A stretch of 63,859 nucleotides of DNA, counting the filler, from Bigelowiella natans CCMP2755 (lineage: Eukaryota; Protista; Cercozoa): the NCBI GenBank assembly GCA_000320545.1. It is 9 parts of 9 records of this genome, joined end to end, with 100 filler letters (N's around TTAATTAATTAA, not from the genome) between each part and the next. Parts side by side here need not be neighbours in the genome. Positions count along the whole stretch, not along the records: positions 1 to 23,528 come from ADNK01001092.1; 8 more parts are not named here. One strand, given 5' to 3'. Position numbers and translations under genes: made by a program. The notes beneath the pieces are model-generated. The model was not told where the DNA came from. It made no database searches and was given only the letters and a program-made list of their open reading frames with translations. Below, piece after piece: positions 1 through 12,430 of the stretch. The first letter of the stretch is position 1. The number at the start of each line of letters is the position of its first letter.

Positions 1-269
1 TCACTACTTGGATGAGGATACGTTAAACTTGAGAGATGTAGGGCAGGTTGAGTCTCTCTCTCTCCCTCTCTCTCTCTCTCTCTCCCTCTATGTGTCGCTG
101 GAGAAACGTCAGTGGTGCTGTCCCCTCAATAACTCAACCAACCCTACATCTCTCAAGTTTAACGTATCCTCATCAAAGTATTTTTATGATGCCCCTTACA
201 TACGTCAGATGCCTTTGATGGCGGCCTACTTCACCTGGTTGCATTGACACCACATCGTAGTTGTTGCAG

Positions 270-303
<34 letters not shown>

Positions 304-1515
304 TGGTGGTGGTGTGGTAGAAGTAAAGACTTTCTTGCCGTGAGATTGAGGGAGCACATGGCTCATTGGCTAATATTAGCGCCATTTACCGCTACTACTA
401 TCATTAGCGATGGGTTGGGGAGTGGCAGCAGCCGAAGTGCTTTCGGGCTTCAGTTCTACGCCTAGGTTGGTGACTAGCAGCAAGGATAAAGAAACGATTG
501 GATCCTGACCTCGATTGATTTGCCTCCCTTCCCATTCTTTTTCTCAATTGTGTTTTTATTGTTTTGATTCATCGTCATCCTACTGTTATCGTTGCTCCTG
601 CTGCTGCTATGAAGCGTTCTATCGTGGTTTGGGCTGGTGTTGCTATCTGCACCTTCCGCGCTGCTTTTGGACGGCCCAGTCCGAGTGTTGAATGCTTTCA
701 GTGTGTCTAAGGTGGATGATTAGGAATCACTATTAACACTCCCATGTCAGCACGCACCTCTGCAACAACAATGACCACCTATCATGTTCAATGCTTCAGC
801 ATCCTGATTATCCCCCTCCTCCTCCTCTTCCTCCTCCTCCTCCTCCTCTTTCTCTTCCTCCTACTCATTATCGTCTTCAGCATGCTTCCGTCCCTCTCCT
901 GCTTCTCACCATTTTCGCCTTTCCCCTCATCCTCGCGCTACCCGGTACTCGCATCATCATCCATCAATTTTTTCCCCATTCTCTTTCTCTCCCTTTCAAC
1001 ATATCTTTTATCTCCTACGCAACGGGGCTCTGGAGAAAGCTGATCCTCGTTGCCGAAGGAGGTCCTGATGTGGCACGTGGAACACTGTTATTTCCAACCA
1101 ATTCATTCACTCTTCAACCGGCCAATCAACAGGGAGGCTGAATGGAGGCGCACGGAAGAAGGCATCCTCGGATGTCCTGCTCTTTTTGGTCCCGTTGGTG
1201 TGGGCGTGCTACTTCTTGTCAGTCAAGGTAGTGGTATGAAGGAGTGATTTTGTTTGGGTGTGTACGGTTATCTTTCTGACGGCGAAGTGTATACCCAAAA
1301 TCTCCCTTGTGAAAGACTCTTCACGTCGAGTTTTAACCACTGCGGGGCTTCATATTAATTTTATCTACTCATGAGAGCACACACACACACACACACACAC
1401 ACACGCAAACACTATTTCCTTGTACTGATCCAACCCCCCCCGAACCTATCATTAGTTCTGGGATGAATTCAGGGGCCCTATCAAACACGACGAGGATTTA
1501 ATGGCGATTGTGTAA
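1..1515 (+). CDS. 3' part of a multi-exon hypothetical membrane protein
   Basis: GT-AG exons splice in frame: AFDGGLLHL|RHLPLLLSLAMGWGVAAAEVLSGFSSTP|SVLSWFGLVLLSAPSALLLDGPVRVLNAFSVSK|HASVPLLLLTIFAFPLILALP...LWRKLILVAEG|GRLNGGARKKASSDVLLFLVPLVWACYFLSVK|FWDEFRGPIKHDEDLMAIV* (TAA 1513-1515). Several hydrophobic segments; no family recognised. Confidence 0.55.
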
Positions 1516-1689
1516 GATTAAGCTATGGATTCGTATTTTCAGAATGTGATTATATAGGAGAATGCTGAAGATTTTGGTTCTAGTACAGCAGCGTCGTAGT
1601 GAATGAATTTTTTTTATGCAAACACGTTTACCATATGTGTTTCACCATCCTCTGTTTATCCTCCTCCCTTCTAATTCTCTTTTCCACTA

Positions 1690-1735
<46 letters not shown>

Positions 1736-2094
1736 TTTTGCCCAGTTGTTTTTGTGCATTGGCTTCAGTGGTTTTGCATGCTAGCATCGATTTCGGGTCA
1801 AAGGTGAAAAGACTGTAGTTGTTGCGCATGTTGTCTCGTTTCTGCTGTATTGTACAGCAGTGATCTGCAACTGCATCGCACTAACAATACACTTAGATGC
1901 TCGAACGAAGCACGTTGCTGTGCAGTAATGGCAATGTATGCAAATAATAAATAACTCCATGTCGCAGAATGATGATGGAGATGTCACATCTAGCTCATTC
2001 GTGATGCAACAATCACTCATGCTAGCATGCAAGCCTAGGCTGAATGAGATCAAGCGCGCCTCTTGATCACCTCTAGACCTCATCGAGCGACCCC

Positions 2095-2216
2095 ATTATA
2101 GACATGTAATATCATATATATACTATATATGCTATTACTGTGTCTATTATATTATAGACATGTAATATCATATATATATATATATATACTATATATGCTA
2201 TTACTGTGTCTATTAT
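2095..2216. repeat. Two-copy tandem duplication (~55-65 bp unit) with a variable (TA)n core
   Basis: attatagacatgtaatatca(ta)n ctatatatgctattactgtgtctattat occurs twice in a row. Confidence 0.85.
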
Positions 2217-3049
2217 CCCCTCTAGCCCTTCTAGCCTTTCTGAAGCAAAAAAGCTCACCTACCTCTGTACTAGTGTACGTGCAGACCTGCGCACACCTAC
2301 TGCAAGCTGTTGTGTGTGCTCTTCTGCAACCGCGAGCTAAGGGTGCTTATTCGTTCACACCATGATCGACCCTGACTGTAACTAGCTGGTGATGAAAGCT
2401 GTGAGCTGCAAAGAAAGGTATAGCAACGTAGCAACGATCGATGAAAAAAAACCATCAAAACAATGTACGTAGCCCGGCAAAGAACAGCATGCTAATAGCA
2501 TGTACGTGTCATGTGGCTGCACGCGTACGATGTTGGCCGCGCTAGCGCGCCAATTTTTACGCATACTGCGAGTGGTAACACTAGAACACATCACAATGAC
2601 GGCAAACTTCGATGCACATAGCATGTAGCAGCCTGCATGTGACTGCACATGCGTCGATGCTATGCATCTCTGCCACATGTTGCACGCTGCGTTCTTCATG
2701 CTTCAACTATGTAAGAAGGAGCTTGACGAAGCATGGGTGCAAATTATCATTAGTTAGAAAGTACGTTATTATTCAGACATTTGTGCACCGCACACGAGAT
2801 TCTCATTTGCATCCAGCAAATTCATAATTATTGTTGGACATTTCCTGTAGTTCATCATCATCACTCGTCTCTTCAACTTATTTAGAACTATGATGCTGAC
2901 TGTGCGAAGTTCAATTGAAGTTCCCATTTTGCATTTTATGTTCTAAGATACAGGAAAAAACCGATTATCGCTGTAAATCTGATTTGATTATTTTTTTCTT
3001 TACAATTTTGGTACAGATTAAGGCTCTAGAAATTTCTTCTGTTAATTCT

Positions 3050-3919
3050 TCATTTAAGATACATATCCATCCAGTTACGGCCTCGAGGGAAAAAGTTTTG
3101 CCAAGCCTGTACTATGCCATAGCCAGTGGCAGTAGCTCCTCCAGCTTTTATCATACCCAATATATTAGGGTCGCTTTCGAGAACCCCAAAAGGAACTGCG
3201 AAGACGTTCATCGCCGCTGAAGGATCGCATGCCACGAACATTGCTGTGGCGCCTCCTATTGCTACACTTAGTCCAGCATCTGAATTTAAGTTTTCATAGT
3301 CGCGCTCGGCAACAGGGAGGCCTAAGGTCTCTCCCCACAACGCACGGCCTACACGAAGACCAGCATAGAATGCACTGCCGCATGCAATCATCGTTCCTGC
3401 TGCAACCGCTGGGAAAAAGTTATCCGTCAAACTGACCAGAGCATTGACAACTGGCTGCCAAGCAGTTCCGCTGAAGAAAGTTCCGGTACCCAGCCAGAGA
3501 GCAGTAGGAACTTCCTTCGAAGCATCAGACCCCTTTACAACCGTGTAGAAAAGGCTGTGTCCAGCTAGTACAGCAAGAGCCTCTCCGGCTCCAGTAGTCC
3601 CTGCGAACGCAAGAGATTCCGCACTAAATCCGAGTTTATCTGCGACGATCGAGGAACCCTGCCATCCAAATCCTGCCCAGAAAACCTTCGAGGCTATCAC
3701 CTCCCCTGTAAGCTGGAAGCGTTGGGGAACAAGAGCGCCTTGAGAACTAGTCATCTCAGAAGGATCCACAGTCGTTGACATCTGCTTTCTCTCGCCGGTA
3801 GTCTTAGATTGAGAAGTCACAGGGGTCATCCTCGTACTGAAGGCAGTCCTAGGTGCTACAACGGCCATCCGAAGAGGCGATCGCATGAGTCGAAGGTTGG
3901 TGCCAAGGCGGGGGAGCAT
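3050..3919 (-). CDS. Intronless 289-aa Gly/Ala-rich multi-pass membrane protein with a probable mitochondrial presequence
   Basis: Long clean ORF. The N-terminus is Arg/Ser/Thr-rich and free of acidic residues (MLPRLGTNLRLMRSPLRMAVVAPRTAFSTRM). Several hydrophobic helices follow. The core (EVIASKVFWAGFGWQGSSIVA) resembles uncharacterised algal proteins, from memory only. Confidence 0.8.
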   Translation of the reverse strand: MLPRLGTNLRLMRSPLRMAVVAPRTAFSTRMTPVTSQSKTTGERKQMSTTVDPSEMTSSQGALVPQRFQLTGEVIASKVFWAGFGWQGSSIVADKLGFSAESLAFAGTTGAGEALAVLAGHSLFYTVVKGSDASKEVPTALWLGTGTFFSGTAWQPVVNALVSLTDNFFPAVAAGTMIACGSAFYAGLRVGRALWGETLGLPVAERDYENLNSDAGLSVAIGGATAMFVACDPSAAMNVFAVPFGVLESDPNILGMIKAGGATATGYGIVQAWQNFFPRGRNWMDMYLK

Positions 3920-4879
3920 CGTATCAAGAAGTGATTTTGAACTTTAGCGTGGTGAAGAATCTCTCTGGAACGAGCCATAAGGCACTGTGCTCTATTTTGC
4001 TGATGGATATGAAGCGAAAACCAGGCCATTTCTCGGAACTCGTCTAATAAAGACTTAGACAAAAAAGGAACATTTGAAACGATATTATTGGTCTGAATAT
4101 AGTACCGAAATTTACTACGACAATCAATAAAATCCCTTTTCACCGAGTTCGATAGATGTTGTCAGGAGGTTTAGGGATTGGATGAAATGAAAGCAATTTT
4201 TGGTTCGCTGAAGATTTTGCTCGTTTCTGATACGTGGTCATTGAAGAAGTGGTTGACTGGGCTACTGGGCTGCCCAACGGTCATGGATTTACCGGCGTAT
4301 TTCAGCACGTTGGCGTTTTCAATTAATGTGAAGCTATTTTGCGAAATCCAACTCAGACTCGCCCATAAATAATTGAAAGACTCACTCCTGTAGGTGGATT
4401 TCTAGGATTTCTGGTCTTAAAAATTTAAAAACTTTTCTTTGAAGAAGATGAGCTGCCCAGGATGCTCTTCACAGGGGAAGATCCTCTTTCATTTCTTGGT
4501 AAAATACAGAGAATTCCTGCTGAATTTGTCGAATCAAATCATTTTTTTGTGGAAATTGGAGATGTAAAGAATCCTAATGATCAGCCCATCTATCGTAACT
4601 GACATGAAATCGTGAAAATCTCCATTGTCTGACTACCTAATCGTCGATGCTTGGCGTTACTGCACCGACACTACCTGGGGTTTGTTGGAAAATGCAGACA
4701 AATGCAACCCATTTTGTTTCATCAATGAGTGTTTGAAGCTGATTCGCATCTTCAAGTTGCTGCTTTGATGAGAACTTCATTCACAAGGGATGACGGTCCG
4801 GTTCTGGGGGAAATCGCAACCTGGCACCTGACGACCTGACTGGTGTGGGTGTCCAACAAACCCTTGACTTTCTCTGGAT

Positions 4880-5130
4880 CTAGTTGATTGAGAAGGTCAG
4901 AGATGAGTCAGCGTGACCTGTGATCCTTCAACCACTTCCCTGTGCTAGCTGTGGTGTTGGTGCTTCGTCCACTCTGGCACTCATCCATCACTCGTTCAAG
5001 CCAGGAAGTCCCCGTGGGCGACCTGTGTGATCGATGTGCGCTCTTGGCACGCCCCCCTTGTCCGCATGAGGCGCATCCAGCTGGCCAGCAGTGCTTGCAG
5101 CACACCTTGTTGGAGTGTCCCAGTGTCAAC
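4880..5130 (-). mobile_element. Degenerate dispersed repeat, copy A (inverted homologue of 47340-47640), TpA-eroded
   Basis: 5085-5105 is the exact reverse complement of 47359-47379 (21 bp). 4911-4928 is the reverse complement of 47594-47611 (18 bp). A further ccttctcaatcaac block is shared in collinear order. Confidence 0.6.
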
Positions 5131-5867
5131 TAGTCAAGTGAGCATGAACCACTGAACCTTGAACCCACAGCTAGACAGGCTAGCAGGGCCCATTCTGGCA
5201 TTTTTCAATCATCGAGCACTTTGGCGTGCGGGAACGCGACTGAGCCTGCATGAACACCACACTGGCTAGCTTGCACACATCACTGATAACCAGCTAGCCA
5301 GTGATGCAATGTGCACTGTTTTTGCATCACTTGCATGCTGGCATGGTGGCCTGATCCGACTAGCCGACGGTGCTTGTTTTGCACACCAAAACCCACAACG
5401 TGCTGGCATGCCAGCATGGTGCATGACGTCACCGTTGTGCGACACACTGCTAGACTGACACATGCAACAAGCAGTGCGCAGCAGTTGATCGGCATCAATG
5501 ACACATCGTCGCGCCTGCGGTGGTTGCACATCGCTAGTGCAAGCAATGCTGATGCGCGCCAATCATCAATGAAAAAGGCACACATGCAAATGTGCCACTA
5601 GGCTAGCATGGCGAAACCTGCTTGCTGCCGCTTGCACATGCTAGCATGCATCCCCTCATCGCTGGCTAGCTGGGCATGTACGTCTGATTATTCTGGCGGA
5701 TGTCAGCAACATCTGGATTGTGTAGGATCATCACATCGATGACGTGCTGTGCGAATCATGTCTAGATGTGCAAGAATGGAGTTGATGTCGGGCTCAGTTC
5801 ACAAGAGAACTGAAGTAACTCATTTGTAAGTCAAATTCTAACATGTTGCACAATGGGCAAAGTGAAC

Positions 5868-7059
5868 CTAGCCCACCGCGGTTGTAGCTGTTTTTTTGAC
5901 CTGAGCCGCTGCTGCCTCTTCGCGTATGGCGCGTTTGTACTCACCCTGATGAACAAGAAATCGAAAAAGAAAATGCATAAACTCTAGCAAATCCATAAAT
6001 GGAATAGTCGAGAGCCTTATGTAGCTTTGATATTATCGGATATATCTTTTGTGTATGATATTTATTACGGGAGACACTCGCTTTGCTCCCTGCGACCACA
6101 TTCCTTTGCCTGCTCGCTTTGCCGTATCTTCGTAGCCTGACAAATGGAGGGCGATGAGGAGAATGAAAATGGTTGTGTTGCGCTGATATGAGCGATCCTG
6201 GATTGGGAAGAAATTAAAATAGCATTCATTGATTCACCTATACGACGATCAACACACGATACATAGGTTCATAATTTCGGTTCTAATATCATCGATATTA
6301 TTTACCTTCCAGTCTCGCCTCATTTCCAGCATACTGTGCTCCTGAAGAAAGAGAGAAGCGGAACGGCGAGAGGTTAGTCACTACCACCAGCATTCACAGT
6401 GGCGAATTATAGGCCGTCGGCCATGGCATATTCGCAGGTAGGTTGTATGGTAAAGAAGTAACACCTCTGCCTCTATACACCTCAGCTAATCCCTCCTTCA
6501 GCAAGCCTGCAATGTCAGCAAAGCAGCCAATATTGAACAATACTTTAGGCACATATAGCAGTCTTGATCGCTTGTTGTCAGAGGTAGCAGCAGCAGCCCT
6601 ACCACCACTTTTAAACGAGAAATGGTCATTTACATCATCCTTGAATATGCCATCATTTCTACTGCCTGCTGCACCTTCGGACGGATCCGAGCGAAAAGGC
6701 CACATCCCCACCTTCGTCCTGCCGACTGAAAAGATTGATACCGGTAAAGGAGAAGAAGAGTAAGGATGTGTACGAGCAAGGAATGAAACGACTTCGGATG
6801 AGCATATCGAGAGAGAGAGCGAGAGCGAGAGCAGGGGGGGGGGGGGGGGGGAGGAGAGAAAATGAGGGGTGATGCTTGCATGATTTTGTTATCATCATTC
6901 TAATCTTCTTACTTATCCTCCCATATTGGTCGCGGGAGAGCGTCTGCACATGCACTTTCTTCCCCAGGATTTGCGACTCCAGATACTTCTTAGATTTCAC
7001 AGCGAATGGCTGATTGCTATGGCATTCACCAGTAGATGTATTTCAGTGGGAAGAGAGAT

Positions 7060-7108
<49 letters not shown>

Positions 7109-9016
7109 GAGAGAGATTTTAGATGCTTGCGCGGCGGTGGTAGTGTTGACACTGCAATCACTAGCTGCTTTGTAGCAGATGCACTAATACTACAACAACT
7201 TCTACTGCTACTACTACTACTACTACTGTTGCTACTACGGGTTTACGTGTGTCCGAATTTCCCCATCTCTGGAGCATCCACACCGTAGAGCCTTTGTGTA
7301 TGTATGCATTCAAAGGACAGTAGGGGAGAAATGACACGCAAATACCAAGCACATGGATAGCTTGTTTGGAGAATGGTGGGAGGCGTTAAAGGAGATAACA
7401 AGGGATGGAGGCACGTGGTGGATGGTGCATTCAAAAGAATGTCTCTTTATAATATATTTACCGCACAGATATTGTCCGTTCTGATAGTCGTCGCTTTGAG
7501 GGATCTCCCAGGGACCTATTGGTGCATCACGATTATCTCCCGCTATAACGATTTGTTACCACTCTACCATATTTCATTACGAGTTTTTGGAAATGTGTTC
7601 ATGTTTTTCTCAGTTGCTGAGGGATACGAGCTACGATATTGGAATTGTCATATGTTGAATAACGTGATTCAGTTGTGGACGACCCGAAAGGGGGGGGGAG
7701 ATTCAAGCTGATACCCACGAGAGGAGTGTGCGTGAGTCTGAAACCGTCTCCTAAGGATGATGCACAAAATGAGAGGGCGTCTTCCATCACATTGCATCCG
7801 CACATTTCAGAAGGAAACGGACAAAGGATAATTGTACCATCAGGGACCGTCTCTACAATCCCAGATATCCAGCCTTGTTGACGAATCAACCTGATGTTAG
7901 TCGGTCGACGATATGGGAGTCATACAGTTTACCAACATTATCATCTACCGAACAAAGCGAGGATAGTGTTTTTCGATTGAGGTGGAATTATGTAATAGCG
8001 TCAATAATATGATATGCATACATAATAATAAATATAATCATCATCCTCCTCCTCCTCATCATCCTCCTCCTCATCGTCATCACCCTCATCGTTGTAATCC
8101 TCAGTTGTTTCAAGTTGAAATCATCGATTTGATCATAGATTGTTCATCACAAGCATCACGGGATACTACGATGAGATGATGACGATGATGATGTTGATGA
8201 TGGCTACGATGTTTTTATGCATTGTTGAACATACACACGCACACACACAGACACACCATGGTACATCTCGTTGTATATCTTCCACAGTCGCTCTCCTGCT
8301 GCTAAGCGGAGGTGAAGGAAGACGAGGAGGTGGAAGACCTTTCAGGGACATCCCTTGCAGTTGGATACATTCTCATGGAAGGTCCGACCTCGTAGCCTGA
8401 ATAGCATACATGACGACGAGGAATAGTGAGAACAGACAAGAAACCAAACTCGATCACAAGACTTACGAAAAAGAGAGAAAATCGAGGGCAACCGAACACA
8501 TTTATACTTCTCCATCAGATACTATCTAACTCATTTTGGTCCACATCGCCGGGACGTTGATCATCCTCAAGCTCGGAGAAACCACAAGCAATTTTACATC
8601 AAGTGGAGAAAGTAGCGGTAGTAGTCGTAAGGTCTCATTTATCGTCGCTGCTGCAATGCTTATGTGTGTTTTTCTTGATGGTTTCTCGTTTTACCTGCAA
8701 CGGCTAAAGCTATTCCTGAGATATTATCGATAACCCACACTAGTTAGGCATGAGACCGAGTTAGGTTCAGTGACAAACGCAGTATTTTACCTAGAGTGAA
8801 GCCTGAGACAAATTCCTTTCGCCTTATCCGTCTCTCTCCCTCGGGTCTAGGGGGAGGCGGTGGTCGGCCTGGTATACGTGGTATACGCGCCCTGGGGGTG
8901 ATGTCTTGTATGCACCGCCTACGTAGCATACCCCCCCCAAAGGGCGATGGAGCCGTAACAGTCGTAAAGCCCGTGGCAGGGTTCATTAAACTACACGGAT
9001 TCATCGATAATGCCAT
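5868..9016 (-). CDS. Staphylococcal nuclease (SNc/TNase) domain protein, LCL3-like, about 12 exons, with a long N-terminal extension
   Basis: Spliced exons give ...ISGIVETVPD|GDGFRLTHTPL...RTIS(VR)LYGVDAPEMGKFGH..QPFAVKSKKYLESQILGKKVHVQTLSRDQYGRI|IGRTKVG...GLLKEGLAEVYRG|GAQYAG...AKRAGKGMWSQGAKRVSP|GEYKR...VG*. The DGD, R-x-x-GVDAPE, DQYGR and GMWS motifs are canonical for TNase. Start codon uncertain. Confidence 0.88.
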
Positions 9017-9248
9017 TGTCGAGAGAGAAGTCGTCAGGAAGACTGCGAATGGGAGCTTGTGGGGAAATTGGTAGGTGCGTGATGGCGAGCCGAAGCGCTA
9101 CACGGACCGACCCCCACAAAGAATCATTTTTTGCTCCTCGGGGAATTAACATGCCATGCGCTTTGGAAGGGGACGTCAAGACTTATCGCTTGTCGCAGGA
9201 AATATTTTGACGAATAATAGACTCGAGTATATTCTGGAAGCATACCGG

Positions 9249-10017
9249 ATGACTGCTGCTGGAGCAGTGGATTTCGGGTTTCTGCGACAAGCAAAACACG
9301 GTGACGGCGAAAGAAAATGGATGTCGCTCGTAAGTAAGTACACGAGGGAGATAGTAACTGATCGATACTCCCCTCACCAACGGTCCACCGGCTCTACGAC
9401 AAACATCCTCGACATTTGAGAGGAGGGACTCGTGGAAAAGGGGACGGGTGCAGGGTTGTGTATATTACAGTAGCTCTATGACCAAAAGCCGAATGGAGAA
9501 AGGAAGGAGCGACAGACCAGAACCGAGTTGTTGATAACGTAAGGAGTTTCTTGCAGATTAAGTGATCATTTCCAGTTTGGTATTCTGTGATGCTTACCAC
9601 CCCACCTGTAGGTTTCGGACTGCCATGGATTATAAGCGTTTCCTCCCCCCGAACCATCCTAAGCGATATGCATTTGAGCAGCAACAACGGGTAGCTAACT
9701 TGAATCAGAAGTCACAGCACCACGTCATCTACCGCAAGAATGTCAATGTACCTCATGTATCGAAAGTCGCATTTAGTCCCCCCCTCCCCCCCCTCCCTTG
9801 TCCTATTTCCCTATGTCCTTTATCGCATTCGTGTGTTTCGAACCCCCCCCCCTTACATAACGCAGAGGCTGGACAATAGGACCCCCCTATTGCGGCGGTA
9901 AAAATATTTTGGAATGATTGGTTAGGTGCACAATGCTGACAATTCTTCCCCCCTCATACAATAGACATCTTAGTCGAGCTCGAACAACGAAACCATCTTG
10001 TCGTAACGATGATATAA
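9249..10017 (+). CDS. Small multi-exon hypothetical protein (~100 aa), head-to-head with the nuclease gene
   Basis: MTAAGAVDFGFLRQAKHGDGERKWMSL|LYDQKPNGERKERQTRTELLI|TFRTAMDYKRFLPPNHPKRYAFEQQQR|RLDNRTPYCGG|DILVELEQRNHLVVTMI*, with phase-consistent GT-AG introns. Confidence 0.55.
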
Positions 10018-10153
10018 AAGCGGTAGCTGACGCTCATCAGTCGATGCATCACGTGGAAATACAAAAATAAACAAACCATCAAACAAATAAAATCACCATC
10101 GGATTCTTGTGCTGTTCACTAACATTAAATTCATCTCTCATCCATCCCATTAT

Positions 10154-11880
10154 CTACGCGAGTGTGCCTTGGAAGCATTCCCGTAAAGTGAGACTCAAGC
10201 GCATCATTTTTTGCTTTGGGTTCTCGAACGCTACTTCGTTCATTTTCTCTAGGAATGTGATCCTGGAAGCAGCAACGTGACGACCGGTAGCGGTAATAAC
10301 AGGCACAATGGAAGACGAGTCTTGCTGAAGAATCTGGGAGAGAAGATCACCCACCCCGGCCCGGTAGCCAGAAAAATGATGAGTGGATCACGCACGGGAG
10401 TAATGATGAAAAGGGGCGGGATGAATTTCCAGAGACTTTTTTGATTCATACCGATTTACGCTGAGGCTAGCTGTTTGCTGAATTTGAACGTGCGTATGGC
10501 GTGCTGGAGCGAGCACACATTGATGACTGCTGTTTTTAATTTGCAAGGATAATTCCTTTTGCAACCTGACCTGGAAAAAATCCACAAATTCTAACCTTCT
10601 TAATAATAACCTCAAATAATTATTTCCTGCCCCATAAAGAAGAATCTTCTCATATCTCACCCCCCGTCCCTCCTGTTATTCATCATCAGAATCTCGAGTC
10701 TTGCACTCGATTGACGACGACCGTCACAAACTACGCGACAAGTAGAAACTCTAACACTGGTTTACTTCTCTGTTCAATGTCCCAGTTGTCCCCCCCCCCC
10801 TCTTCTCCCCATATCCGTTCGTTGATTGGAGATGTATTTGTTGTTATTCTCACGCATGTGCGGCTTGTGCGTGCTGTGCTGTTTCCCTGGGGTGCTGGCC
10901 GTAGTGGAGCAGGAGGAGGAACAGATAGCCAGACTCTCCAACAAGAACATTGTGTACAAGTAAGTGAGGTGTTAAGCAGAGGGATGAGTGTTGGATCTGT
11001 CGGTAGTAGTAGTAGTAGTAGTAGCAGCAGCAGCAGCAGCAGCGGGAGGAGGAGGAAGAAGAAGAAGAAGGGGAAGGAGGAGAGGGGGAAACCTGGTGAA
11101 ATTGCTGCTGCAAGCATCTCAGTCTTTTCGTCAAGCAGTTAGTTATACTTGTGGTCGAGAGCGCTACCGCGTACATACTTTCTTCATCATAACTACTGCC
11201 ATTGTCAGCGTCCCGGAAAAGTACATCTGCACATTCTCGAAGAAGGTACTGTGTGATCTCTTCTTAGCGTAATGGCAGCAGTAGCAGTGTCGGCGGGTTA
11301 GCCGCATCTGCCTTCCGCAGTGGCTGATGATGAGCGGGGCTTACGAAGAAGAGAGGAGACCATGTTGCTCTCAATTTTCCGCTTTACTATTACTACCAAA
11401 ACTGCTGCTGCTGCTACAACAACAACAACAACAACAACTACTACTACTACTACTACTATAAATACTACTGCTACATGTGCAGATAATGTTCGAGCCTATT
11501 CGGGAAATGATGGAAATGGAACACCTGCAAACGGTGATCGACCGACAGGTGAGAAAGAAGAAGGCCTTCCTTCAAAAATATTAAGAGCATCTAAATTTAA
11601 TCCGAACAATACTGTGTATACCTGAGTTTCCATGGATAGTTGCATCGATATCTCGCTGCACACGTAATGTCAATGCAGCAAGGGGCTGCTTTTGGTGTTC
11701 CTCATGCTCATATCCTAACTGTTCATGACTGATGATGATATTGATGATGATGATAATGATGATGATGATGATGATGATGATATTCACAGAGCTATGATGC
11801 GTTGCGGAGCATGCCGGAGGCTCGGCATGAGATGAAGGTGAGGAAGAAGATCGTCCCACGAGCTAATCGCCACTAAAACT

Positions 11881-11916
<36 letters not shown>

Positions 11917-12430
11917 GCGTGTGCGCATGTTGCATGGCCCGAAGCGATGATACCGCTCCTTATCCTAGCACGTTGCCAACCCCGCTGATGTTAGTGGTGG
12001 AGGAGAGCACGAAACGAATTTATCCTAACGGGAACACTTCTGTTATTCAGGGACGTAAGGTGTACGTCGACCTGACATTGAAGCGCCAGATCGATCTCTA
12101 CTTGCAGGTGGGCGCGGCAACTTGCCAGCAGCACAGCGTTGCCGCATCGCGTGTAGGCGGCGGTGGCTTCGCATGTACTTGAACAACCTACCGCACCCGC
12201 ACGCTAGTGCTTGCTCTGTGAAGACCCCACAAAGCCAATTCTTTGGAGAAGAACAATGATGTCTCCTTTTCGATGACGAAACGCTGTTGGGAAAACATGC
12301 TGATACTTTCTCCTTCTTAAATATTTTCGCGACCTCCCGAACACGTCGAATCTTTGTCAATTACACCACCACCTCCTCCTCACAGAGGCACCCAGGCCTG
12401 ACCAAGAACAGATACACAATCCTACCGTGG
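10154..12430 (-). CDS. Multi-exon hypothetical protein (structure uncertain)
   Basis: Complex exon-like stretches between microsatellite introns. Terminal ORF ...ITFLEKMNEVAFENPKQKMMRLSLTLRECFQGTLA*. Full splicing not resolved. Confidence 0.35.

Noticed and set aside
4430-4680. Possible hAT transposase dimerisation-domain remnant (FFVEIGDVKNPNDQPIYRN*HEIVKI)
   Set aside because: The resemblance is vague, with no S-x-x-x-ER-x-FS motif and several stops. Not supportable without an HMM search.
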